Shown piece by piece: positions 30,319 to 40,106 of a DNA stretch of 64,000 nt. The notes under the pieces were generated by a model. It saw only the letters and a list, made by a program, of their open reading frames with translations. It did not search any database and was not told the DNA's origin. The stretch's first letter is position 1; every line of letters begins with the position of its first letter. The translations under genes and the position numbers were made by a program. Location: IMG/VR virus record IMGVR_UViG_3300032007_000014; one strand, given 5' to 3'. The DNA comes from a virus (lineage: Duplodnaviria; Caudoviricetes).

Positions 30319-31395
30319 TCAAGCGATAACGCCGGTTGACGAAGTCTCGCCTTCCTTGGCTTGGAGCTGCTCTGCAGCATCGGATTTTGCTTTGAAACTC
30401 GCAGCGCGTTCGTACCGAGCTTCCTTGTCATTCAGCATCTCGATGATATCCTGACTGATCGGGATACCGACATTGACGGTGAACGGAAGGTTGAAGTACT
30501 TGGTAAGTGATTCTGTGTCCTCGACGATGCCGAGGTACATGACACCAGTGATGATGTCAGGTGCGATGCCATCCTCGGAAACAGTAAAGGTTGCGTGAAC
30601 CGGAGTTCCATTGTCAAGACGAACAGAATCTTCACCAGGGAGACCGTAGCATTCGCCAGTCGAGGAATCAATGGCGTTGATCGACATATTGTACAGACCG
30701 TACTTCACAGCAGGCACGATGCCGACAGGAGAAAGAAAATTCATCTTGTCGGTGAAATCCACTTCTTCTATCCAGGCGCAGGTGAAAAGACCTTCGAGCT
30801 GATGCAGACGATCGATGATGGAAAGGTTGACTTTCACACGACCGACTTCCACATTGTTGAAGATCATGGACGGGATATAGATCTTCTCATCCTTGGCGAA
30901 TGCCTCGAGAGTGCGGATGGTGTTGATGCTGTTGAAACAATCCGTCTCGGAGCACGCATCCACGATGCCGATGGCGATGATCCGTTTCTTGCGCTTGCCA
31001 GCTTCGCGGATCAAGAGAGGTGCGATGACGGATCCGGAACCGCCGCTCATGGAGAAGATGAAAATGTTGACATCACCGAAGTCATCGTACACTCCGGATT
31101 TGTCGAGTTTCCACTGGATGTCCTTGAGCAATGACGCGCGGTTTTTACCGGCACCCGCTTCCGCGATCACGTGGGTCTTGACCGGGATGTAGGCTTCGGA
31201 TTCGTCACCTTCGCGACGATCATGGAATCCGGCTTTGTCGATGTTGGACGTGGAGGTATCGATCACAACGTGACTGATACCGTTGTCACCGCAGATGTCC
31301 AATTTGTGAGTGCCGTAATTCTCACGATACTTGCGGAGAATGTTGCAAGCGGCACCTCCTGCGGCGATGATTGAGAGATTGATGTTTCGTTCCAT
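30319..31395 (-). CDS. phuZ: PhuZ phage tubulin (FtsZ/TubZ family)
   Basis: AAGGAACNI, IDTS, GAGKNR, SMSGGSGS signature, VDFTD. Confidence 0.85.
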   Translation of the reverse strand: MERNINLSIIAAGGAACNILRKYRENYGTHKLDICGDNGISHVVIDTSTSNIDKAGFHDRREGDESEAYIPVKTHVIAEAGAGKNRASLLKDIQWKLDKSGVYDDFGDVNIFIFSMSGGSGSVIAPLLIREAGKRKKRIIAIGIVDACSETDCFNSINTIRTLEAFAKDEKIYIPSMIFNNVEVGRVKVNLSIIDRLHQLEGLFTCAWIEEVDFTDKMNFLSPVGIVPAVKYGLYNMSINAIDSSTGECYGLPGEDSVRLDNGTPVHATFTVSEDGIAPDIITGVMYLGIVEDTESLTKYFNLPFTVNVGIPISQDIIEMLNDKEARYERAASFKAKSDAAEQLQAKEGETSSTGVIA

Positions 31396-31420
31396 TTGAG
31401 AACTCCTTCCTGTTGATTGG

Positions 31421-31657
31421 TTAAGCGAACATATTGTTCTTTGTGAGTTTTTCTTTCAAAGATTTGTTTTCTTCCATGGATGGCTGAACGTCTGGCATGC
31501 ACTTAGCACAGATAGGTGGAAGATCCTTCGACATTCCAGCGTCACATTCGAAGCAAATGGGTTGACCGCAGACAGAACAAGTTGCGAATGGTGTAACCAG
31601 TCCACGGATGGGAGGTGGTAAATTTCTCCCACAAGATGCACATTTTGTCATATTCAC
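31421..31657 (-). CDS. small zinc-finger protein
   Basis: Four CxxC pairs; early promoter 31705-31712; AAGGAG RBS. Confidence 0.65.
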   Translation of the reverse strand: MNMTKCASCGRNLPPPIRGLVTPFATCSVCGQPICFECDAGMSKDLPPICAKCMPDVQPSMEENKSLKEKLTKNNMFA

Positions 31658-31810
31658 TTTAACTCCTTTTGTTAAAATTGCTTCGCGAATATCCTTACTC
31701 TAATGTAATATATTCTCATACAACCCATGAACATTGTGCATGTAATGATGCTAAAAAATAAAGAGATACAGTAGGGTCCGTACAAGACCCTACTGTATAC
31801 AAAGTTGTGA

Positions 31811-32311
31811 TTAAGGAGACATTTCTACATTGACAAGTTTTCCTTTGTAGAAACGAGCATCAAATCCTCTTCCAGAATCATTGTAGTTCATGAACCAAAT
31901 GACAGTATCGTAAGTGTACAACTTCCCTTCATTATTATACGTAGCTCTTGCTAGAGTCTCGTCCTGTGAGATCCAGATCTGTCTCAGATCGAAGTCTTTT
32001 GTCGCATCAATGGGATCGGTATGATCAAGTGGTGCGTTTTTCGGACCGCCTTCCATCTCAACAAATTTCTGACACCACTCGTTGCACATACGAATAATGT
32101 CATTGTAGTATTTGTCAAGTTCAAAAACGAAATTGATGATATCTGCTCCAAGTCTCGTCGGATCGAGTTTCTTCTTTTTGCTTACGTATATGCTTACCAG
32201 TGGATTGTATCGTCTGTTGTTGATCATCATCGCAACATGGAACCGCAATTCAGTTGACTTAGAATCAGTGTCGATAAGAGATTCAACACTTGGTTGTACT
32301 TTGAATTTCAT
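31811..32311 (-). CDS. hypothetical protein with MKFKVQPSVE leader (candidate internal head protein)
   Basis: 166-aa ORF; S-x-E at residue 10. Confidence 0.65.
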   Translation of the reverse strand: MKFKVQPSVESLIDTDSKSTELRFHVAMMINNRRYNPLVSIYVSKKKKLDPTRLGADIINFVFELDKYYNDIIRMCNEWCQKFVEMEGGPKNAPLDHTDPIDATKDFDLRQIWISQDETLARATYNNEGKLYTYDTVIWFMNYNDSGRGFDARFYKGKLVNVEMSP

Positions 32312-32340
32312 TTAAATCTCCATACCCCCCAAATGTTAAA

Positions 32341-32381
32341 AGAACCTTATCGGGGGGGGGGGTGAACCCTCCACCGATAAG
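32341..32381 (-). repeat. poly-C hairpin element, copy 1
   Basis: Near-identical inverted copy of 62231-62269. Confidence 0.8.
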
Positions 32382-32390
32382 TTTATTGGT

Positions 32391-32924
32391 TCATGCTCTT
32401 TCGAAATATTCGCGTCCATGCAAACATGCTGGACACTGTTCCGGTGCTTCAAGCATAGGTGTCGTCACATATCCACAGTTACGACATCTCCACTTGATCT
32501 CATCGTTCTCAATGAAGAACTCACCGGATTTGATGAGCCCGAAGAACTTGAGAAATCTTCCCATATGGACGTTCTCAACTTCCCCGATCTCTTTGAATCT
32601 CTCTGCGAGTTCACCGTATCCTTCTTCTTTGGCAACATCGGATGCGCCAGGATAGAAGGATCGTGTTTCATCTCGTTCACCTGTCATTGCAGCGATGAGG
32701 TTCTCTTCTGTGTTCTTGCCACCAAGACCAAGTCTATCGAACCAGAGTTTACCATGCTCGAATTCTTGCATAGCAATCTCTCGGAATGCTGCGGCTATCT
32801 GACGATAGCCATCTTTCTCGGCTTGTTTGGCGAAGACCATATACTTAAACACAGCCATAGCCTCACGGATGAGAGCATCCTCAAGAAGGATCTTGCTGCG
32901 TTTACCTTGTTCAACAACATCCAT
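32391..32924 (-). CDS. rbr: rubrerythrin
   Basis: EFEH and ENVH diiron ExxH pairs; C-terminal CRNCG...CPAC rubredoxin domain. Confidence 0.9.
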   Translation of the reverse strand: MDVVEQGKRSKILLEDALIREAMAVFKYMVFAKQAEKDGYRQIAAAFREIAMQEFEHGKLWFDRLGLGGKNTEENLIAAMTGERDETRSFYPGASDVAKEEGYGELAERFKEIGEVENVHMGRFLKFFGLIKSGEFFIENDEIKWRCRNCGYVTTPMLEAPEQCPACLHGREYFERA

Positions 32925-32933
32925 GATTTGTCT

Positions 32934-33374
32934 TCACTCCGATTTGTCTTTGATCAATTCATCAAGTATATCTTCCGTAACTTCGTAAGCCATGATAGAT
33001 TCTTTTCTGTCATAGAGAGCTTTCACAACTCTATGGAACCCATCAAGAATACGACGATTCTTCCAAACAATGATTGGGAATCTTGTGTCTGCATTATAAA
33101 TGCGATCAAGATGTTCTGCAAGCATAATGGGGTTCAGAGGAATCTTGTCCTTGACTGTAACACCATCTGCTTCAAAGATGCACTTTCCCCACATGGAACC
33201 GATTTCACATTTACGGACCAGATTGCAATCCAAACGGAATTCAACAGGTTCGATATGATGTCGATTCACAAGAGCAATGAGATCTGGAACAGGATATCTC
33301 TTACCCTTATATCCAAATTGGAACTTTCGATCGATTGCTCCATTTGGAATTGATTTATCTGTTGTAAACAACAT
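32934..33374 (-). CDS. ParB/Srx-like domain protein
   Basis: PIIV...ILDGFHRV motif; start revised to MLFTTD behind AAGGA. Confidence 0.65.
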   Translation of the reverse strand: MLFTTDKSIPNGAIDRKFQFGYKGKRYPVPDLIALVNRHHIEPVEFRLDCNLVRKCEIGSMWGKCIFEADGVTVKDKIPLNPIMLAEHLDRIYNADTRFPIIVWKNRRILDGFHRVVKALYDRKESIMAYEVTEDILDELIKDKSE

Positions 33375-33456
33375 GGTTGAATTTCCTTGTTTTATCTTTA
33401 GACATAAGATGGATTGCGAAAAAAAAGAGAACCCATTGCTGGGTTCTCTTTCGTTC

Positions 33457-33828
33457 TCAATTGAGAACTTCTGGAGCGTCGTGTCCTTTCCATTCGTTAT
33501 ATTCTTCGGATACTTGACCATCAGCAGTGACTTCGAAATGGCAACGAGTACCATTGTTGTAAATCACTTTTACGACAAATCCCTGGAATTCGCCGCATTC
33601 TTCTTTTGACAGATTGGAAGATTTCCTTTCTTTCATCAGATATTTTGCGATGGTAACAAGAGCGTCGAACGAAAGATCAACATTCCACTTGCCGATCTTT
33701 TCTCCATTTGAATTGAAACGGAACAGTTCCATGCCTTCGTCGTAACAGGTTCCCGTTGTGACAATGTCGAGCTGTGCGAACACAGCGTCCCGGTTGATCG
33801 TGTTCATCATGTAGGTTACATTATCCAT
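33457..33828 (-). CDS. early hypothetical protein (123 aa)
   Basis: AGGAGGT RBS, promoter 33876-33883, terminator 33421-33451. Confidence 0.75.
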   Translation of the reverse strand: MDNVTYMMNTINRDAVFAQLDIVTTGTCYDEGMELFRFNSNGEKIGKWNVDLSFDALVTIAKYLMKERKSSNLSKEECGEFQGFVVKVIYNNGTRCHFEVTADGQVSEEYNEWKGHDAPEVLN

Positions 33829-33944
33829 TTTGTACCTCCTGGTTGTTATGGATTATTTGTCGATCGTTCATCATTGTAATTTATATACAAACTGAAATCA
33901 ACTACAAAAAAGGAGACCCTCGATGAGGGTCCCCTGGGCGTGGC

Positions 33945-34349
33945 TTAGAGCCACCTGACGAAAGATGAAAATTCTTCCGAAGTCATCTCACGCACGAACA
34001 CGAAGTCGTTGCGGAGCTGATGCATCGAAACAGTTTTCTTGCTCATCGGCATGGTGCCGTGTGCGGAAAGGATCCTCGCCAGCTTGACAGTACCGTCAAG
34101 ATTCTCACGAACCACGACATAGTAGTCCGGACAGAATCCGTAGGTCTTGTAAACTCTGCCGCGCAGATCGGAGTCCGTGTTGTCATCGACGATGCGGACG
34201 GTTTCGACCGGAGCCGAGACACGCACATGCACCGGACGTTCGACGAAACGAACGGAAACGTGAGGACGATTCTCGCGCTCAAGCTCATCGACGATTGCAC
34301 CACAGGTTGCGCCAGCAGCGGCGCCGAGAACAGACCAAAAATTGCTCAT
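33945..34349 (-). CDS. early hypothetical protein (134 aa)
   Basis: AGGAGGT RBS, promoter variant near 34395, terminator near 33905-33935. Confidence 0.75.
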   Translation of the reverse strand: MSNFWSVLGAAAGATCGAIVDELERENRPHVSVRFVERPVHVRVSAPVETVRIVDDNTDSDLRGRVYKTYGFCPDYYVVVRENLDGTVKLARILSAHGTMPMSKKTVSMHQLRNDFVFVREMTSEEFSSFVRWL

Positions 34350-34472
34350 TTGTTACCTCCTAAGGTTAGGTGTTTATTTGGTTGGTTCACGTGGATAATT
34401 TATATTTGAAATTCAATGAATAACGCAACAGAGCACCTGGGTTTGTGCCCAGGTGCTCTGTTACTGTGTATG

Positions 34473-35636
34473 TTACTTTTCATTCCAAATGTCAAGGATG
34501 TTCTTCTCACACTTCTCCAATATCTCGTTGGACAAGCCAACTAAGAATGGACTAGAGATCAACCTATTTAAAGCACCTCTAGCGCTTGTACACGCCTCCA
34601 CCTTGATCGAACCATCTTCCGTCATGATGTAATCATCATAGACGCGAGAACAAGTTGATTTCAAGGAAGAGTCGAAGAACAGCTTATCTCCCATACGCAT
34701 ACCTTTGGTCTGCTTGATGTAGAACCGGAAGATAATGGTCTCTTCAGTGAGATCAATGATTCCGATCTTATCAGTTGCATACAAAGGCTGTGAAGGAGGA
34801 TAATCCTTACTGTTAGATGACTGACTCGCCATCTTAGCACGTTCATTCTTGTCTCGTGTGATAGACTTGACAATCGTCTGTAAAGACTTACTCATATTCC
34901 TGAGTTCTGTCTTGTACATCACATCGATCTTGACAATCTCTCCAGAATGTCCAGCTTTAGGTGTAGCTCTGTTCAAACTGCTGAGCATCTCAGCAAGTTC
35001 TTCATCCACATCATCACCAGCCATAGATTCAGGAATGACAGATTCATCAAAGATCATGAGTGCATCTGTTGAGAGAACTTTCGTTCCAACAGTTGCAATC
35101 TTGTGAACGTTCGTGCTTGTTGTGAGAGTGATTTCTTTGACATGGATCGGATTGAATGTCATTCTGTCACACAGTGGTTGTGTAAGGATAGAAGCATCCT
35201 CAATTGTACCACCGTTATCCAGAAGGGCAACCATAGCCGGAACACCGATATTCCAGTCAACTTGTTTGCTATAAGGATCCGGAGTGAAATAGCTCTTGTT
35301 GTAGATGATGATATCATCCTTCTTGAACTTATCACCTTTCTTGAATCCATTGATTGCAACAGGTTGGTCAACCCAGAATCCATTGGAACAGTTGTTGGTG
35401 AACTCTTCACCGATATTGAGACATACGGTCTCTCCATCAGCATACTTGATCTTGACAATGCCAAGTTTTTCATCGACTTCCTCGATTACACCATCCTGTT
35501 TTGCAGGATAGGCAAATGGAGGACGTGTCTTGTGCGCAACAACTTTCTCATAACCAGTTCTGGTTCGCGATGGTTTCATGTTATCCAATGGAACCACGTG
35601 AGAAGCTTGTATCGATGAGAAATTGCAGCGCTTACC
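34473..35636 (-). CDS. virion RNA polymerase beta subunit (phiKZ gp178-like), exon 2
   Basis: Begins GKRCNFSSIQASH; RTGYE, EDAS, GDKL motifs. Confidence 0.85.
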   Translation of the reverse strand, partial: GKRCNFSSIQASHVVPLDNMKPSRTRTGYEKVVAHKTRPPFAYPAKQDGVIEEVDEKLGIVKIKYADGETVCLNIGEEFTNNCSNGFWVDQPVAINGFKKGDKFKKDDIIIYNKSYFTPDPYSKQVDWNIGVPAMVALLDNGGTIEDASILTQPLCDRMTFNPIHVKEITLTTSTNVHKIATVGTKVLSTDALMIFDESVIPESMAGDDVDEELAEMLSSLNRATPKAGHSGEIVKIDVMYKTELRNMSKSLQTIVKSITRDKNERAKMASQSSNSKDYPPSQPLYATDKIGIIDLTEETIIFRFYIKQTKGMRMGDKLFFDSSLKSTCSRVYDDYIMTEDGSIKVEACTSARGALNRLISSPFLVGLSNEILEKCEKNILDIWNEK

Positions 35637-36014
35637 CTAATGCGTTCAGATATGTTCGCTATACATATCCCGGAATTACATCCAGCTCTACATCACTGTA
35701 GATGTACAGACTATATCAACACCAGTTAAAAGGTGGATACCTTTTCGGTTCGCTTGAACCTACAGGGCGACAAACCCCATTAGTCGTTGGACACATCCTG
35801 TATCACAGGACTTCGTACCTGGTTGGGCATTGTATTGACCTTTAGCACTCTTTCGAGCTTTTATTTCAGCATGGGTCATCTCATTTATTTTTTCTACTTT
35901 CGTAACCATCACGCTTATCTTTTGGATTACGTTGTGGTTAAATGAGCTTTAGCCTTTTCCAGAGTTTAGGTATCTTTACAACCACCATCTTTCGATGATA
36001 GCGGACTATAGTTA
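35637..36014 (-). ncRNA. group I intron, subgroup IA2, 378 nt, no homing endonuclease
   Basis: P1 with U.G at 5' splice site, terminal G, P3 GATACCT/AGGTATC, P7 GACTA/TAGTC, P7.1/P7.2, P8, P9 GNRA; splicing restores DD|GKR. Confidence 0.92.
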
Positions 36015-39000
36015 ATCGTCGTTAGTAACGCCTGGCATGATCAAAGAGTTCAACGACAGCATGTTCTCTGGTTCGAGTTTGTCAGGATCCGGCGCAACCG
36101 CCATACCACGAACATTGGAGATCAGTGGGTTAAATGGAAGAGTTGCATTCAAACCAACCTTTCCATTATCAACGGTTGCTTCACTCACAACTCCAAGACT
36201 GTCTTTGGTAAATTGACGATCTGGAATCATGAATGTCTCAGCACTGCGTCCACCTGAACCAGCGTTAGAGAACTTGCTGTATGCTTTGATGTCGTCAATT
36301 GGGTTGAGAATGTTGACATTCTCCATCAACTGTTCTTCCATGATGCGCTGCTTGATGGTGTAGTCACTCATGGAGAATTTGTTGGTCGCACCAATTGATT
36401 TGTGTTTGTATGTCGCAAATGCACGAGCCATCTCGTTGTAGATGATACCTGTCATCTGTTCAACACCACGGAACCTGAAGTTCGTTGCAGAAGCAGCAGG
36501 TTTGTGATCACGTGTTGTCAACATGGATGTTGCACGAATGACAAGATCTCTTACATTCGTGGGTTCTCTCATCTCACGAAGGATGTCTCGTGTAATAGGA
36601 TCGATGAACAAATCAAAGAAGTCGTCGATACCTTTGATGTTGTTGATGGAGAGTTTCTTCTGTTGGAGCAGATCGTAGTAGATATCCTTCCCATCCATGT
36701 CTTCATAAAGAACATTGGAAAGATCGAAATCATTCAGACCTGCAAACAACAGTGCGTTCACAGCAGGTACTCGTCCGATCACCAACCTCTTATCGGAGAA
36801 CTTGATCACAATGTCCGATGTGTTGTTATGCTGACGCGTGCCAGCATCTTGCAGATCATAAGTAACATTGCAATAGTTCAGCATGTTGGTCAATCCATAC
36901 CGATATGCAAGAGCGAAGATAACGGGAACTGCTTTGTTGAGGATGTGCAATTCCACAAACTCATCGATTGGTCCGATCGAACTCAATGTACTTATCTCAA
37001 TCAGAGTATCAATGAGAGCACTTGTCTCGTAATCAGTTGGATTCTTCATGTTCACACGTGACACCATGCCATCTGCTTTGATGAAGTAACAGAAGGTATC
37101 ACTTGCGAAAATACGAGTTGCAAAGAAAGTTCCGTATTTGTTCTCAAGTTCAGCATACTGACTTGTGAATTCCTTTGGGAACAGACTTTCTCTCTTGTCA
37201 TACTCAAGATAGATTTCGGTATCATTGAGTTTGACGTACTCATACTTGGTTCCGATAGAGGTGTATTCATATGACAGAGGTCTGGTTGGATAGTTGCACT
37301 TTCCAATCTTTGTCTGCACAGTAATTCCGGCATCTTTGGATTTGCTGAGCAACTTGCCGAACCAAGACATGAAGTCATGTGCAACATTCGTGTTCCTCTC
37401 AACAATGACTTTGTTGAAGTTGGAGTTAAGAGTTACACGAATGGGAGACACCTTGCAGATCGGATTGGATACACGCTGTTTGGTCATGGCTTTCAACGAA
37501 CCATTGACTTTGGCACGACCTTTATCATCCACCTTCGGTATCGTGAACTTGATCCGATGTGTCTTGTGCTTGGTGTCTTCGTATGTTGCTGTGATGGTAC
37601 GAAGTTCGTTCAATTCATCGATACTGACTTCATCCTTCACATCTGTAAGGAACATTCCTTGTTTGTTGAAGGACGTAAGGATGTTACCGATGTCTCGATC
37701 CATTGCTTTCTTGACATAGGTTGCATCAAGTTCGGCAATGGATGATGCTGTATCTGGACGATCATCCTTATCCACATCTGCAACTGCAGCATCTACCTTG
37801 TCATCTTCGAGTTTATCATCGATTTTCTTGGTGACTTCGGCAAGGGATTTTCCACCGATCTGAAGAGTCTTGTATTTACGACTCATCTCTTTTGCACGTT
37901 CTTTCTGTGCGGGGGAGAGATCTGGTGTTTCTTCGATTGCTTTATCCGCTGCTTTGTCGAGTTCTTCTTCATCCACTTTTGCAGCTTCTTCCAACTCATC
38001 TGTTGTCATGGGTTGGTCGAAAGTAGGAGCATTGGGTTCTGTTTGTTTCTCATCAACGGTGACGAGTTTCTCAGCAACCACGGGTGGTTCAGTAGGAGAT
38101 TCTTCTTCGATACCATCCATCTCTTGTTCAACAACACGATGTCCGTTTGCTGCAAGCAAGTTGACATGTGCGATAATACGAAGCAATGCTGAATTTGCAG
38201 CACCATTCATCTCCTTGAGATCGCGGAGATTGTGGATGATAAAGTAATCTCCAGCTGTGAAGATGAAGTTGATCTTCTCATACAGTCTCGGAGGAACCAT
38301 CTCAAAGATAGAGGTGGTATAAGGAACTTCATCTCCGAACCCTTCCAACGCCGCGATAGGATCGGCATCGATTGCAAAGTTGGCGAGATTGGTGAAGAAG
38401 TCACCTGGATCAAGGTCTGGATCAAATCCTTCGAGAGACATATCCATACCTTCTTCCGATGCTTCAACTGGTTCAAGGATTTCGCCACGTTTCGGAAGAT
38501 CGACCTTCTTTGCAAGGATAGCGTAATAGTGTGCAAGGAAGATGTAGGTGGACACTTCTGGATAGACCATAGAGACCTTGTCCATCTTCTTGAACACACG
38601 AATAAAGTCCTGTTTGCTGAACTGAAGATTTCCAATGGGAATATGAATGTAATGATCCAGTTCAGGAATGCGGTTGATCGTGTTGATGATGTTTGCCAGT
38701 ATTACAGCAACCTGACGCATCCTCCTTCTCAGACCAACGATACGTGCTCTGAACAGAGCATTGTAGTTGATGACAGGTTGAGTGGATGGACGAACAGGGA
38801 TTTGTGTTGGATCTGGATAGAACATCACGTTCGGCATAAGGTCACGCTTGTAATTTGCAAGAGCAACCTGAACACCTGTAAGCGTATAGATCATACCAGA
38901 ATAATCTGGTTGAATCAGATCTGTTGGAAGTGCAGGACGAGGTCCAGTCACGTGATAGACAAACTTCTTGTAATTGTTAATATTCAAGAGTTTGTTATCC

Positions 39001-39164
39001 AGACGTGGAACCATTCTCAGAGGACCATCTGAGTTGAAGTTATCCAAGATGTGAAGACAGGAATTCAAAGGGAATTCTTTGAGGTCACTGATCCTGAATA
39101 CTTCTTTGAAGCGAGAGACTCGCATCGTCTCATACCTGAGACGAAATTGGGCGTGTCTGAGCAT
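36015..39164 (-). CDS. virion RNA polymerase beta subunit (phiKZ gp178-like), exon 1
   Basis: KQRVSNPICK, RFRGVE, GSGGRS, SEATVDNGKVG; SLE-G/ALE-G processing sites. Confidence 0.85.
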
Positions 39165-39266
39165 GAAATATTCTCCTTAAGGTAGAGTTATCAAATTGCA
39201 TAAGATGGCGTTTAAGGGTATTTTAAACAAAAAAAATAAGGGACCTCCGAAGAGGTCCCAAGCGGA

Positions 39267-39491
39267 TTACTCCGCGATTGCTTCGTCCGGAACTGTTGCG
39301 TCAACGGCCAAGCCGATACCAACGACAACAGCAACAACCGCTCCAACAACTGCTGTGATTCCGAGAATCGCGTGCAGACACTCCGTCCGTTTGCGCTTCT
39401 CTTCTTCGAGCTTATTGGCTTCGTTGACCATGTCTTGAATGACGCTGTCATTGACACGATTGTTACGATCGTAATTTCTCTCACAGAACAT
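39267..39491 (-). CDS. small early membrane protein (74 aa)
   Basis: AAGGAGGT RBS, one TM helix, promoter 39532-39539. Confidence 0.7.
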   Translation of the reverse strand: MFCERNYDRNNRVNDSVIQDMVNEANKLEEEKRKRTECLHAILGITAVVGAVVAVVVGIGLAVDATVPDEAIAE

Positions 39492-39570
39492 AACTACCTC
39501 CTTATGGTTTTGTTGTTCAATGTTCACGTTGGTAATTTATATTCGAAAGTGAATGGAATACAATTTTGAC

Positions 39571-39704
39571 AAAAAAGAAACCACCGTCACCTGTGGTTGT
39601 CTGCGGGACCTGTGTCTCGGTCGGATCCGCATAGTTTCACACCCAAGGACACGGTGTGCTGAGCGCCAGAGAAGATGTGCGATATCTTCAATGAACTCAC
39701 CTGT
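39571..39704 (-). ncRNA. candidate structured small RNA of unknown family
   Basis: Own early promoter (39705-39712), three hairpins plus terminator, no strong RBS or contained ORF. Confidence 0.6.
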
Positions 39705-39799
39705 GTAATATATACCCATTCGTCTATGAGATACACTGTGTAATATCTTGCAATGATACGATGTATTATAGAACTCAAACAAACATAAGGAATAATACC

Positions 39800-40063
39800 A
39801 TGGGTGAAGAGAACAAGAAAGAAGAAAAGACCTTCTGGCAAAAGGCAGGACACGTGTCATTGATAACCCTGAAACTTGCAGGCATTGCTGCATACGGGAT
39901 CGTATGTCATATGCTTAAATGGGAACCAGATGGTTCTCCTCCAGAAAAGCATGTCGATCCAGATGCTGAGCTGAAGAGAAAAGGATATGAAAAGACAGGT
40001 GTCGAAGTCTGGTATGACGATGACGGTTGCAGAAGAGAAAAAGAAATTTGGAGCAAAAAATAA
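39800..40063 (+). CDS. small membrane protein
   Basis: AAGGA RBS before MGEENK; one hydrophobic segment. Confidence 0.55.
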   Translation: MGEENKKEEKTFWQKAGHVSLITLKLAGIAAYGIVCHMLKWEPDGSPPEKHVDPDAELKRKGYEKTGVEVWYDDDGCRREKEIWSKK

Positions 40064-40106
40064 AAGGCAACTGCCGACTCGTGAGAGCCGGCAGTGCCAA
40101 TCATTT

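Noticed and set aside
36012-36014. Stop-codon recoding or frameshift explaining the split RNAP gene
   Set aside because: Fully explained by the group I intron; other genes are intact in the standard code
39537-39893. ORF-track ORFs across the candidate ncRNA
   Set aside because: They cross promoter and terminator, lack a strong RBS and overlap a plus-strand gene
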